IMG/VR virus record: IMGVR_UViG_3300049845_000008
Coordinates: 9,811-73,810 of that record
Source of the DNA: a virus
Reading direction: 5' to 3' (one strand)
DNA length: 64,000 bases
Position 1 is the stretch's first letter. Every line of letters begins with the position of its first letter. A program made the translations under genes and the position numbers. The notes under the pieces were generated by a model. That model did not search any database. It had not been told where the DNA came from and saw nothing but the letters and a program-made list of their open reading frames with translations. Positions 1-9,196 of the stretch are shown here, one piece after another.

Positions 1-519
1 GACCACCGCGTTCATGCTAGAGAAGATCTGAATATCCAACAGGTCTTCGATGACCTCGCGGCGATCCGCAGCCTTCAACTGCATGAATGGTGTGAAACTG
101 GCTGTGCCTAGCAGGACGATCTGTGTGAAAGACTTGTAGTTCATCTTGAGAATGAACCGAGTGAGCATGTCCTGATAATCAGCCGCTCGCGCATCCTGAT
201 GCATGAGCGTACCGTTAAGAACGATTTCGAACACCGCAGGCTTGATGCCCCGGCGAACGAGATAGCGGTTGCTGCCGACGCTGAATTCAACTTCAGTTAG
301 ACATTCCTTGCCATTGATACTATTGATGATCAAAGGCTTATTGATATTACGGAATGGCTTACCAAACAGTGCGAAAGTCAGAGCGTCCAGAATGGTACTC
401 TTACCCGCGCCATTCTCACCCACAATCAGTGTGTTCTGGTGTGCATCTAATTTGATTTCGGTCCAGACGTTCCCGGTACTAAGGAAGTTCTTCCACCGAA
501 TAGTGTGGAATGTAATCAT
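1..519 (-). CDS. gp46: Recombination endonuclease ATPase subunit (T4 gp46/SbcC-Rad50-like), N-terminal part; runs off the window
   Basis: Hand translation MITFHTIRWKNFLSTGN...IVGENGAGKSTILDALTFALFGKPFRNINK (Walker A); ATG 517-519 overlaps the gp47 stop; not in the ORF track. Confidence 0.95.
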   Translation of the reverse strand, partial: MITFHTIRWKNFLSTGNVWTEIKLDAHQNTLIVGENGAGKSTILDALTFALFGKPFRNINKPLIINSINGKECLTEVEFSVGSNRYLVRRGIKPAVFEIVLNGTLMHQDARAADYQDMLTRFILKMNYKSFTQIVLLGTASFTPFMQLKAADRREVIEDLLDIQIFSSMNAVV

Positions 520-1586
520 AATTCAGAAGCTAACGCCTCATTGTATACTTCTCTCAGTATACTCTTCAATCGCGGCTTTTGCAAGTCAATTTCCATACCT
601 TCCACCACCTTGTCGATGATGGATAGTGTGTCGTCAGCCTGATCCACCACACCGTCGCCGTTCGCATCGATTATGCTTATGTCGGTGAAATCTTCCACGA
701 TGGTAACGTCTATCGGATTTGCTTTTCCGAGAGCTTCTATCAATGTCTCAAACAGGAACGAGTTGGACTTCTTCTCCACAACCACCTTGACGTACTTGCC
801 GGTGAATGCGGAGTAGTCACCATTCTGCACTTCATCGAAGAACAGGTTGTCATCGTTGTAACCGATCTTCACGTAGATTTCGTGCGGGTTGCGAATGAAC
901 TCTAGCTCGCGAGTCTCGGTGTCGAATACGTGGAATCCCTTGGGATCGTTCCAGTCTGCCCATGTCATCTGGTATGGCACGCCGGTATACAGGACGTTGC
1001 CCTTCTCTGACCGATGGTGAAAGTGTCCGGAGATTACTTTCTCATACTTCGACAACATCCCTACGTCCATACCCTCATGGCAGAAGTTGCCGCGATCCAT
1101 TTCGAATCCCGCTAACTCAAAATGCCCGAAGCAGAAGTCAGACTTGGACTTCTTGATGAAGTCGGCAATCTCTTTCTCGTTCTCTTCGCAGATCCACGGA
1201 ATCAGGTCTACGGGGTTGCCGCCGAAGACAATGGTGGATGGGGAGTCGATCAGACACACTCGCCCGTACTCTTGCAATACCAGAGAGGGTGAGTTAATCT
1301 TGAGCGTATTGCGGTAGTAGATATCGTGATTGCCTAGCAGCGCGTACAGGGTCATGCCGCGACGGTCTAGTTCCGAGAAGAAGTATTCCTTGGCACTCGC
1401 AAGAATGTTGAAGTTGATGAACTTGCGTCGGTCGAACAGGTCGCCCAACTGAATCACGTTACCGATGCCGTGCTGCTCAAGATACGGGAAGAAGACCTCT
1501 GTGTAGAACTTGCGAGCAAGCTCATTGAACACAGCCGAGTCGTTTCTCATGCCGAAGTGGGTATCACCCAAGATTGCGATTTTCAA
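516..1586 (-). CDS. gp47: Recombination endonuclease nuclease subunit (T4 gp47/SbcD-Mre11-like)
   Basis: Metallophosphoesterase motifs GDTHFG, GDLFD, GNHD, GHFE, SGHFH; adjacent to gp46. Confidence 0.95.
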   Translation of the reverse strand: MKIAILGDTHFGMRNDSAVFNELARKFYTEVFFPYLEQHGIGNVIQLGDLFDRRKFINFNILASAKEYFFSELDRRGMTLYALLGNHDIYYRNTLKINSPSLVLQEYGRVCLIDSPSTIVFGGNPVDLIPWICEENEKEIADFIKKSKSDFCFGHFELAGFEMDRGNFCHEGMDVGMLSKYEKVISGHFHHRSEKGNVLYTGVPYQMTWADWNDPKGFHVFDTETRELEFIRNPHEIYVKIGYNDDNLFFDEVQNGDYSAFTGKYVKVVVEKKSNSFLFETLIEALGKANPIDVTIVEDFTDISIIDANGDGVVDQADDTLSIIDKVVEGMEIDLQKPRLKSILREVYNEALASEL

Positions 1587-1675
1587 AACTTAACACCCAT
1601 GAAATAGAGAACTACCTCTACCACGAAAACAATGAACATGGCGATGAACACGCCTTGGGCTATTCTCTTAGTCAA
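1583..1675 (-). CDS. 30-aa single-transmembrane peptide (MTKRIAQGVFIAMFIVFVVEVVLYFMGVKF)
   Basis: Fills the gp55-gp47 gap exactly; TTG start overlaps the end of gp55, TGA overlaps the gp47 TTG start; GGAG 7 nt upstream. Confidence 0.6.
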   Translation of the reverse strand: MTKRIAQGVFIAMFIVFVVEVVLYFMGVKF

Positions 1676-2201
1676 TGAACTTCTCCAATCCTTTTGCGGC
1701 TGCGACCTTGGCTTTCTTTACTGCTTTCGCATCTTCGAATTTCTTGATGAATTCGCTGATGTTTTCATACATTTCAAACTGCCGGGTATTGCCGTCGTCG
1801 GATTCCATCTGATCAAACTCATCCAAGATGCCATGCAACTCAGTTGACTTATACTTCACATAGAGTTCTTTCTTTTCGAACTTAATGCGCCTCAAGAATG
1901 CATAATAGCATATTGTCGAGAAATATGCAAATGGATTCTTGGATTTCGCAGGATTAAAGTTATCCACGTAGCGCAGACAGTTTTCAATGGCATCGTTCAC
2001 CATTTCGTCCCGCCATGAGTAGGTCAGGAAATTATACTTATGACTCATATTCTCTGCGATCAGCAGAAAGCACTTGCCAATGTACTCAGGCACGCGAGGC
2101 TTCGGTGCCTTCTCGCGCTTGGCTTTGCGGACAGCCTTGCGATAGGCTGTAATCTCCTTTAGAAAGAGTTTGTTGTCAACGTAGTTATTAGTTTTAGCCA
2201 T
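1668..2201 (-). CDS. gp55: Late-transcription sigma factor
   Basis: NYVDNK, YIGKCFLLIAE, RDEMVNDAIENC, SKNPFAYFSTICYYAFLRRI motifs; synteny with gp47/gp46. Confidence 0.95.
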   Translation of the reverse strand: MAKTNNYVDNKLFLKEITAYRKAVRKAKREKAPKPRVPEYIGKCFLLIAENMSHKYNFLTYSWRDEMVNDAIENCLRYVDNFNPAKSKNPFAYFSTICYYAFLRRIKFEKKELYVKYKSTELHGILDEFDQMESDDGNTRQFEMYENISEFIKKFEDAKAVKKAKVAAAKGLEKFID

Positions 2202-2210
2202 GATTTAGAT

Positions 2211-2239
2211 TTGACAGAACCTCGACTGATGTGTATAAT
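2211..2239 (+). promoter_or_regulatory. Consensus sigma70 promoter TTGACA-N17-TATAAT, antisense to the upstream uvsW operon
   Basis: TTGACA 2211-2216, TATAAT 2234-2239, 17-nt spacer, in an intergenic gap. Confidence 0.8.
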
Positions 2240-2281
2240 GAGCGTGTGGCTCTTTGAAGGGTTGATTTAATAAGAAGGGAA

Positions 2282-2656
2282 TCAATTGGGCTTAGTAGAA
2301 GGATCACGGAGAAGAAAGGGAACAACCTTATCTCCTTTAGACTTAGGAGCCTTTCTAGGCGTAACAGAGTAGAAGAACTCAGCAGCACTGGTAAACTCTT
2401 CCTTGAAAGTGTCTTTCACATCCGTAGAGAACATAATAAACTCCTTGGGAAGAAAGATGGTGTCATTGGCACAGACGATGGGTGGAACCCACTCTCTCAC
2501 ATTGAGCATCTGCCTTCCTTCAATAATCTCATTGTCCACGGTAAAGGCTAATGGGCGTTTGATCTGAATATGTCCCTTTGTGACCTGAACCTCAAATGCG
2601 ACAATATCCTCGTTGGTCTTTAGCTTGTAGAACTTGATAGGGAATTGGGTGTTCAT
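2282..2656 (-). CDS. Hypothetical protein at the conserved uvsW-gp55 position (possible Sm-like fold)
   Basis: KLKTNEDIVA N-terminal motif; ATGA overlap with uvsW. Confidence 0.7.
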   Translation of the reverse strand: MNTQFPIKFYKLKTNEDIVAFEVQVTKGHIQIKRPLAFTVDNEIIEGRQMLNVREWVPPIVCANDTIFLPKEFIMFSTDVKDTFKEEFTSAAEFFYSVTPRKAPKSKGDKVVPFLLRDPSTKPN

Positions 2657-4107
2657 TGGCTTAGTCCTATGTTGATTGATTTGATGGGAAACTTTTCTTC
2701 GTTGTAAATGCGAACTCGTTCCTCATAGTGTTTCAATGCGAAGTTGACGTATGCTCCATACCGAAGATCGTCAACAATGTCATAAAGGACTGCCTTACTC
2801 TTATTCTCACCGAGGCGTAATCCTCTGCCGATGGACTGTAATGTTCTAATCTGACTCTTCGTTGGTGAGGCGAAGATAACATTATGTAGGTGTTTTATGT
2901 TGATGCCTGTGGAGAACGTGCCATAGGAAGCCACGATCACCGAGTCTGTCTCATCCTCAGTGATTCTACGTACTTCCTCTCGGTCAAGAGTCTCTACGTC
3001 ACCATGGATGAAATGCACCTTCCGATTCGGCAGACGATCCTTGATCAACTGGTGCAGAATCCTTCCGTGCTTGTCCACGTAATTATACAGGATCAGCGTG
3101 TTGCCGTCAAGTGATTCTGCTAATTTCGCTATGAATTTGTTGCGTGCTTCGTTGGCACAGAGGAAGGAAATCTCGTCCGGATAGGACTGTCCCTTGACTA
3201 CCTTAGTGACCTCTTCCGGATACTTTAATACCAGACACTTGATTTCAAGTTTAGCGAGGTATCCTTTATTTTGTAGCTCCTGTGTGGAAGCCACACGCTG
3301 CACCGGACCAAACAATCCCTCTAGGACTAACTTGTGTACCTTAGACCCATCGAGGGTGCCGGTAGTTCCAATGCGGTAGTCGCAATTAACTAGCTGCTCC
3401 ATGATGTGCTTGAGGGAATCAGCCTTGAACTGGTGAGCCTCGTCACCGATCACGTAGTCGAACTGAGCAAAGTATTTCTTCGGCAGATCATAGACTGACT
3501 GCCACGTAGAGATAACCAACGGCGCATAGGCATCCGTCGTGAATCCCTGATAGATGCGTTGGCAGTTCTTCTCTACGTCCCACCCGTAAGAGGCAAAGTC
3601 AGAGTACATCTGCTCGACAAGAGAGGTAGTCGGCACGATCAGCAGCCCACGCTTCTTACCGCGTTCGATCAGCCATCGTGATATCATGTAGATGATCATC
3701 GACTTGCCGGATGCGGTAGGCGAAATGACGATGCCACGCTTCTTAGTAAGGCTCCATAGATAGGCTACCCATTGATAATCGCGGGGAGCCATAGAAACCT
3801 TCCATGACTCAACGTGTTCTTTCTGTGGTAGAAGGGCGATATTACCCTTGACAAGCGTTGAACTGTAAGTGTAGTTGAAGTCCTTGGCGAACTGTCGAAC
3901 GTATGGTTCTAATCCGGCGTAGATCTTGTGAGTTCTAAGATGGAATAGACGAATCTTCCCGTCCCAATACTTCTTTTTCTCTTTGGGAAGGAACTTAGCG
4001 GAGGGTACTGAATAGGTGAAGAACTCTGATAGCTCCTGTGCGGTGCTATCCTCGCATCTTATCTTCGCCCATACGTTACTGACTTGTTCAAAATGGATAT
4101 CACTCAC
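2653..4107 (-). CDS. uvsW: UvsW SF2 DNA/RNA-DNA helicase
   Basis: WDGKIRLF, SPTASGKS, DEAH, GTTGT, QSIGRGLR motifs. Confidence 0.96.
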   Translation of the reverse strand: MSDIHFEQVSNVWAKIRCEDSTAQELSEFFTYSVPSAKFLPKEKKKYWDGKIRLFHLRTHKIYAGLEPYVRQFAKDFNYTYSSTLVKGNIALLPQKEHVESWKVSMAPRDYQWVAYLWSLTKKRGIVISPTASGKSMIIYMISRWLIERGKKRGLLIVPTTSLVEQMYSDFASYGWDVEKNCQRIYQGFTTDAYAPLVISTWQSVYDLPKKYFAQFDYVIGDEAHQFKADSLKHIMEQLVNCDYRIGTTGTLDGSKVHKLVLEGLFGPVQRVASTQELQNKGYLAKLEIKCLVLKYPEEVTKVVKGQSYPDEISFLCANEARNKFIAKLAESLDGNTLILYNYVDKHGRILHQLIKDRLPNRKVHFIHGDVETLDREEVRRITEDETDSVIVASYGTFSTGINIKHLHNVIFASPTKSQIRTLQSIGRGLRLGENKSKAVLYDIVDDLRYGAYVNFALKHYEERVRIYNEEKFPIKSINIGLSQ

Positions 4108-4238
4108 AACTCAACCATTTTCCCACACCGCTTACACGGACCTGCCGCAGTGCGGTTACTGTAAAAGATCAGATCAATATCACCATGCCCACGCAAAGCA
4201 CACCAGAACTGCTTCCACCATTCTCTAATCTTCATCAT
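4104..4238 (-). CDS. 44-aa putative Zn-binding protein (C-x4-H...CxxCG; DUF1660-like pattern)
   Basis: MMKIREWWKQFWCALRGHGDIDLIFYSNRTAAGPCKRCGKMVEL; stop overlaps the uvsW GTG; start overlaps the upstream stop. Confidence 0.65.
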   Translation of the reverse strand: MMKIREWWKQFWCALRGHGDIDLIFYSNRTAAGPCKRCGKMVEL

Positions 4239-4393
4239 CCATCTTCCCATACGAACCCGAAGAACAACTTCATCATGGTGCGATGAAACCAGTTGGGTTT
4301 CTTGGGGAAGTTTAGACGGCAGTGTTGATAGCGATAGCCGCCCACCATCTTAGGTAGGGCTGAAATGACGTTGTATTGAGTGTTAGTGTCCAC
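4235..4393 (-). CDS. 52-aa hypothetical protein
   Basis: MDTNTQYNVISALPKMVGGYRYQHCRLNFPKKPNWFHRTMMKLFFGFVWEDG; overlaps the uvsY end and the next ORF start, tiling the gap. Confidence 0.6.
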   Translation of the reverse strand: MDTNTQYNVISALPKMVGGYRYQHCRLNFPKKPNWFHRTMMKLFFGFVWEDG

Positions 4394-4835
4394 CGCGTTC
4401 AAACCTCTCCCATGCCATCCATTCCTTCATCTGCCATGTACGGTTGTTGAGTTCCTTCATGACGTAGGTGCAGAAAGACACGCACTCTTCATGGAACGTG
4501 ATCTGCGCCTTGATCTTAGCCAGATCGTCGTCAGCATCCATGTACACGTTGAGGTCAGCCTTGAGAGTGAACGGGAAGGGTTCCCAATCCAACATAGCCA
4601 ACTCTTCCTGAGAAAGCTTGCCGTTGTAGTAGCACCACTTGAGCTTGCGCATCTTGTTGAACTCAGCCTCGCGTCGAGCGACCGCAAGTTTGTGCATCGA
4701 CAAATACTTGTTGTACTTAGAGTGAAGGACAGGAATCTTGATCATCTGTCCACCCGCATCCGTTGTGTCAACGTGCGAGTCTGTTTCCCATTCCGAAATC
4801 AACTGTTCGACATTGGGTGCAATCATATTAGCCAT
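4383..4835 (-). CDS. uvsY: Recombination mediator UvsY
   Basis: KIPVLHSKY, YYNGK, YMDADDDL, ELNNRTWQMK..W..F..G; between gp3 and uvsW. Confidence 0.92.
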   Translation of the reverse strand: MANMIAPNVEQLISEWETDSHVDTTDAGGQMIKIPVLHSKYNKYLSMHKLAVARREAEFNKMRKLKWCYYNGKLSQEELAMLDWEPFPFTLKADLNVYMDADDDLAKIKAQITFHEECVSFCTYVMKELNNRTWQMKEWMAWERFERGGH

Positions 4836-4866
4836 AGCAAAGAATCTCCATCAAAAGCATATGGTT

Positions 4867-4895
4867 ATCATACCATATTTCGGTTAGAGAGTCAA
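4867..4895 (-). promoter_or_regulatory. sigma70-type promoter TTGACT-N17-TATGAT for the uvsY-uvsW-gp55 unit
   Basis: -35 at 4890-4895, -10 at 4867-4872 on the minus strand; GGAG RBS follows. Confidence 0.7.
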
Positions 4896-5440
4896 ATTCT
4901 TTCGATGTTGTAATACGAATATCTGAAAGTTACGTCGGATGTGATGATGTTCTCAGCCGAGTCGAGCGAGCTAAATTGAATTCCACCTAGACTTGTCGGG
5001 AACAAATCTTTGTATTGAATGCGGACATTAGGGTTATTCTTATTAGTGAATACTGTCATGGAGGCGTCCGAATACTGTGGCGGCAGTTTCACACCCGATC
5101 CACGCCGAACCTGAGTGTCACGGAACTTGGTGTCCATCTTGGCATACTCTTCGAATTCCTTGGGGAAGGTCATCGCACGAATCCAGTCATGAATAGCTTC
5201 CCAATCCTTGAGGTCTTCGTCAATCAACATGGTCACGTTCAGGGTATCGTAGATAGCCTTTTCGCCCGGTTGCCATAGATCGACAAACGGCGTCGGACGC
5301 TGAATTTCTGTCAAGGAAATGCCGGGGAGATTTGCAGTCTGGCAAAAGAAAGTCAACCCCGGCAGGCGCATGAAGTTGAGTTTGAACTTCGTGCTTTGCA
5401 GGATATCACGATTCGATGGATTGCGGGTGATTGCGCTCAT
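4892..5440 (-). CDS. gp3: Tail completion/tube terminator
   Basis: FFCQTANLPGISL, PG.K..YDTLNVT..IDEDL..W..IHDW, DLFPTSL; position downstream of gp23. Confidence 0.9.
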   Translation of the reverse strand: MSAITRNPSNRDILQSTKFKLNFMRLPGLTFFCQTANLPGISLTEIQRPTPFVDLWQPGEKAIYDTLNVTMLIDEDLKDWEAIHDWIRAMTFPKEFEEYAKMDTKFRDTQVRRGSGVKLPPQYSDASMTVFTNKNNPNVRIQYKDLFPTSLGGIQFSSLDSAENIITSDVTFRYSYYNIERI

Positions 5441-5465
5441 GCGTATTCTCCAAGGGAGTGTGATC

Positions 5466-5472
5466 TATTTAG
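5466..5472 (-). promoter_or_regulatory. Late promoter CTAAATA (gp3)
   Basis: T4 TATAAATA-like box 25 nt upstream of the start. Confidence 0.7.
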
Positions 5473-5480
5473 CAGACAAC

Positions 5481-5510
5481 AAAAAGGGGCGGGAGTTGCC
5501 TCCCGCCCCT
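5481..5510 (-). terminator. Rho-independent terminator after gp23
   Basis: GGGGCGGGAG-GCAA-CTCCCGCCCC-TTTTT on the minus strand. Confidence 0.9.
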
Positions 5511-5554
5511 GAGTCACTTGGGATTGCTCCCTCGTTATTATTGGCGACCAGTTA

Positions 5555-6898
5555 TCAACCGATTAGGTTGACGACTTGGAACTTACGGTAGTAAGTGTTG
5601 GTGCCGTTTGCCAGAGTTCCCGAGACAGCCGTTTCAGCACCCTGCGAAGAGTTCTGGAATGGGTTGCCAACCATGCCGTAGCGGGTCTTGAACCCGATCT
5701 TAGGCTGGAAGGTGTCTGGATCGATTGCGCGAACCATCTGTAGAGGAACGTATGGGCAGTAGAACACACCTGCGTCATAAGGGGTTGGACCCTTATAGCC
5801 AACGATTACGTAGTCTGCGCCCGTTACCGAGTATGGATCCACGTAGACCTTGAGGCGACCGAATAGCGTACCTGCGAAGGTGTTGCCAGTGTCGTCAACC
5901 GAAAGGTTGGTGTTGTTGGTGAGTGCGCCCTGATAGTCAAGCAGACCGGTCATCGACAGAGCCGATGCAACGTCCGTGCTGACGATCAGAATGTTGCCCT
6001 TGCCACGGCGAGTGTCCTTAGCAATCTTGTTGCAAGAACGCTCAACAGCGAACAGAAGTCCCTTGAACTTTTCAACTGCCCAACGTCCGGACGTATCCGA
6101 AGTGCTGTTCAGGTTGAACTGTGCCGAGGTAAGCCCCGTAACACCAACGTTTGCCACTGCGTAAACCGTGCGAATGACTTCGCGGTTGATTTCTGCAAGG
6201 ATTTCGGTGGAAAGGATGTTCGATAGCTCGGCTTCTGCGTCAAGACCGTGAATCGCCTTCAAATCTTGAGCGAGTTCAAGCGTGTACTGTGCCTTAAGAG
6301 CGCGGCTCTTAGCGACAACCGACACACGCTCAATCGTGAAGCCCATTTCTGCCATCGTCGAGCCGAGGTTTTCAGCCGTAGACGTAGACATGCCGGTACC
6401 GGTGTTAGCCAGAACGACATTAGCAATGTTACCGCCGAGTGCAGCAGCAGTGTGAGTGCCGGTGCCTGCCCATGCAGTGTTAGCTTCGTTGTAGAACGAT
6501 TCAGGGGTCGATGCTGTGTTGAGGACAGCGTTGCCAGTGTTAGCATACTTAGCCTGCATCGCGAAGATCAAGCCGGTAGGACCGGTCATTGGCTGCACGC
6601 CGCAAACGTCATATGCCATTAGGTTAGGAAGTGCACGACGAACCAATCCGATTAGGATAGGATCGAAGCCCTTGATGTTGCCTGCGCCAGTCTCTAGCGA
6701 GCCTACGCCTGCGCCGACCGAGTTAGGAACGGCTTCGAACATGTTGCCATAAGCAGCAGCTTCTTCGCGCATTGCCTTTTCTTGGTTCTCAAGAATGACA
6801 GCCGTGACTGCCTTCTTGTATGGGTCCGTGATCTTAGCCAGTTCAGGGTGATCAAGGACTGGTGCCCACTTCTGGACATGAGTTTCTGATAGATACAT
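5555..6898 (-). CDS. gp23: Major capsid protein
   Basis: GVQPMTGPTGLIFAM, ELAQDLKAIHGLDAEAELSNILSTEI, FQPKIGFKTRYG. Confidence 0.98.
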   Translation of the reverse strand: MYLSETHVQKWAPVLDHPELAKITDPYKKAVTAVILENQEKAMREEAAAYGNMFEAVPNSVGAGVGSLETGAGNIKGFDPILIGLVRRALPNLMAYDVCGVQPMTGPTGLIFAMQAKYANTGNAVLNTASTPESFYNEANTAWAGTGTHTAAALGGNIANVVLANTGTGMSTSTAENLGSTMAEMGFTIERVSVVAKSRALKAQYTLELAQDLKAIHGLDAEAELSNILSTEILAEINREVIRTVYAVANVGVTGLTSAQFNLNSTSDTSGRWAVEKFKGLLFAVERSCNKIAKDTRRGKGNILIVSTDVASALSMTGLLDYQGALTNNTNLSVDDTGNTFAGTLFGRLKVYVDPYSVTGADYVIVGYKGPTPYDAGVFYCPYVPLQMVRAIDPDTFQPKIGFKTRYGMVGNPFQNSSQGAETAVSGTLANGTNTYYRKFQVVNLIG

Positions 6899-6940
6899 TT
6901 GGTTTTCTCCGTAAGAGGTTTGGTTTAGTTCGCAGTTGCC

Positions 6941-8182
6941 TTACTTGGCTAGCTGCTTGCTGATTGCTGATACATAACGATCCATACTTGGGGTTACTTC
7001 CTTGGTTTCAGTCTCTACGAGAGCCTGTGGTGCTTCACTGACCTTTTTACCCGATGGGAAGTAATTCTCGCGAATCACTGCGAGCTTCTGCGAATACTCA
7101 CCCTCTGTGGTGAACTCTACGCCCTCTGCGAGCGACTTAATCTTTTCGACCTGAACTTCAGTCAGACCTTCGCAAATCTTGCGTAGGACTTCCTGAGACT
7201 TAGACTCTGCCAATGCCTTGACGAGCTTCGTGTTCTGTTCAGCCTGTTCCTTTAGCATTTCCTGAGAGCTAGCAACCTGTGCTGCAAGTTCTTCTAGGAG
7301 GTCTGCCTTCTCTTCTGGAACTTCAATGTAGTGTTCCGTGAAGAGATTCTTGAGTCCTGCCATGAAGTCTTCGGCAATTTCTGCGCGTAGACCAGACTCG
7401 ACTGCAAGCTTGTTGTCTTCCATCCACTGCTCGACCACGTAGTTGAGGTATTCGTCAACCTGCGAGGTCATCTGCTCTTCAAGCTCAGACACGGTGGATT
7501 CCATGATTGCTTCGTTCTCAGCCGAAACCTTCTCGACAATCGCTTCGACGCGGCTGCGGACAGCGGCTTCGAAAATCGTCGTTGCTTTGGTCTTGAACTC
7601 TTCCGACAGATTCTCGCCGCTGAATAGAGCGTCGATATCCTGTGCGCAAGAACCCATGTTCTCGGAAACCAGAGCCTTGAGTGCTTCGGTACGAGCGGCT
7701 TGAACTTCTTCTTCGGTCAACTCAGGAGCTACTTCTTCCTTCACTTCCTTCTTGTCTTCCTCATCTTCGTCCTCGTCCTTCTCATCTTCATCGTCATCAC
7801 ACTTCTCGCCCTTGGCTTCGGTGACAACTTCTTCGGATGATTCCTCTTCCTCGGACAGTGCTGCAAGTTCTGCTAGCTCTTCTTCGGATAGGGTGTCGAG
7901 GTATGCGTCGATTTCTTCTTCGGTCAGTTCAGGAAGATCTTCCTCAGAAGACTCTTCTTCCTTAACAGCCTTAGCGGATAGCGGCTGCCCTTCCTTTGGA
8001 GTGACAGCTTCCTTAGCCTTAGCGGAAACCTTTGGTCCGGTTGCCTCTGGCTCAGTTGTAGGGGTTTGTCCACCGAGGTCTTCGGCTCCTGCGCCGGGAC
8101 CGGCTTCCAACGGATCCTTCTTGGCAGAGCCAAGGGACGTTGCGAGGATTTCGGCAGCAGATTCAGATAGGGACTTGCTCAT
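6941..8182 (-). CDS. gp22: Prohead core scaffold protein
   Basis: Acidic; LSEEFKTKATTIFEAAV, YLNYVVEQWM.DN.LAVE.G, HYIEVPEEK. Confidence 0.93.
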   Translation of the reverse strand: MSKSLSESAAEILATSLGSAKKDPLEAGPGAGAEDLGGQTPTTEPEATGPKVSAKAKEAVTPKEGQPLSAKAVKEEESSEEDLPELTEEEIDAYLDTLSEEELAELAALSEEEESSEEVVTEAKGEKCDDDEDEKDEDEDEEDKKEVKEEVAPELTEEEVQAARTEALKALVSENMGSCAQDIDALFSGENLSEEFKTKATTIFEAAVRSRVEAIVEKVSAENEAIMESTVSELEEQMTSQVDEYLNYVVEQWMEDNKLAVESGLRAEIAEDFMAGLKNLFTEHYIEVPEEKADLLEELAAQVASSQEMLKEQAEQNTKLVKALAESKSQEVLRKICEGLTEVQVEKIKSLAEGVEFTTEGEYSQKLAVIRENYFPSGKKVSEAPQALVETETKEVTPSMDRYVSAISKQLAK

Positions 8183-8207
8183 GTTCTAACTCCTGTTAGG
8201 GTACGTT

Positions 8208-8214
8208 TATTTAG
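8208..8214 (-). promoter_or_regulatory. Late promoter CTAAATA (gp22/gp23)
   Basis: Intergenic, followed by an AGGAG RBS. Confidence 0.7.
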
Positions 8215-8219
8215 TAAAC

Positions 8220-8864
8220 TTAAAGTTTTGACAAGAAATTCTCAAAGATTCTCAAGGAGATATCTTCGATCTGTCTAGACTTTGCGTTGCGGATTTCATC
8301 ATACATTTGGACAACATCGACCTCACGGACGATTCCATTGTCCCAAACCCATTCCTTACCTTCCATGATGCCTTGTACAAAGGCTCCGGGTGCGGATGGG
8401 TCAGCCACGATATCTGCTGCTGTAGCGAGATAGTAGTCATCTTGAACCATGTTCACGCCATTGACTTCCTTGAGGGAACCCATGCCGCGTGAAGACACGC
8501 CTAGGCTTGCGCCGCCGTCCAGAAGCCCCTTTGCGGTCTTGCCGTATGGGGTTTCAAGGATTTTAGCCTTGCCGTAGAATGTGGATCCTTCCTGACGTAG
8601 ATTGACGATCAGGTGGGAAACACGGTCTAGATTGATGGATGGAGAGTCAGGATGCCCCAACTCACCGAATGCTCTGTTCTTAGTGATATACTCTTCATTG
8701 TAGCGGCGAACTTCCCGCTCAAGAATGGACTTGGAATAGACACGCCCGTTGCGGTTCTTCTGCTCGCCCACTAGGAACGGACCAGTGATGAAAAGGCTCT
8801 TGACACCGTTCTTTTCTTCGGTGAGTACCTTCACATCCTGTAGTGTTTCTGTGATAAGTTTCAT
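8220..8864 (-). CDS. gp21: Prohead maturation protease
   Basis: KNRNGRVY, GELGHP, GVSSRGMGSL, DIVADPSAPGAFV. Confidence 0.97.
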   Translation of the reverse strand: MKLITETLQDVKVLTEEKNGVKSLFITGPFLVGEQKNRNGRVYSKSILEREVRRYNEEYITKNRAFGELGHPDSPSINLDRVSHLIVNLRQEGSTFYGKAKILETPYGKTAKGLLDGGASLGVSSRGMGSLKEVNGVNMVQDDYYLATAADIVADPSAPGAFVQGIMEGKEWVWDNGIVREVDVVQMYDEIRNAKSRQIEDISLRIFENFLSKL

Positions 8865-8869
8865 TAGAC

Positions 8870-9196
8870 TTAAACTCCTAGTGACTGTCTCTTGCGCATG
8901 GAACGCTTGCGCTTCATCATGCTTCTTGCCATCTTTGCCTTACGCTTGACCTTGCCCTTTCGTGCTGCTTGCTTACGCTTCATTCTCTCGGAAGAGGACA
9001 TGCGAACAAGCTTGCCGCCGCGCATCGTGTAGCCGGGGCGAGTCGAGACTTTCTTCTTTCTCTGAATCTTGCCACCGCGCACACGCGCCTTGACGATCTT
9101 GAAATTGGCTTCGTCCAGACTCGTCGCGACTGCTACCTTGTAGGCTTGCAGCTTCGCTTCGGCAATCTGGTCGAGGTACACAAACAGGTTATCCAT
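8870..9196 (-). CDS. gp68: Basic prohead core protein (gp68-like)
   Basis: Highly K/R-rich C-terminus ending KRKRSMRKRQSLGV, L-D-E cleavage-like site, directly upstream of gp21. Confidence 0.6.
   Translation of the reverse strand: MDNLFVYLDQIAEAKLQAYKVAVATSLDEANFKIVKARVRGGKIQRKKKVSTRPGYTMRGGKLVRMSSSERMKRKQAARKGKVKRKAKMARSMMKRKRSMRKRQSLGV

Noticed and set aside
2194-2388. 64-aa minus-strand ORF
   Set aside because: Overlaps a better ORF and spans the promoter-containing intergenic region
5520-5531. Small GGGA-GCAA-TCCC hairpin between the gp23 stop and the terminator
   Set aside because: A 4-bp stem is too weak to call an RNA element
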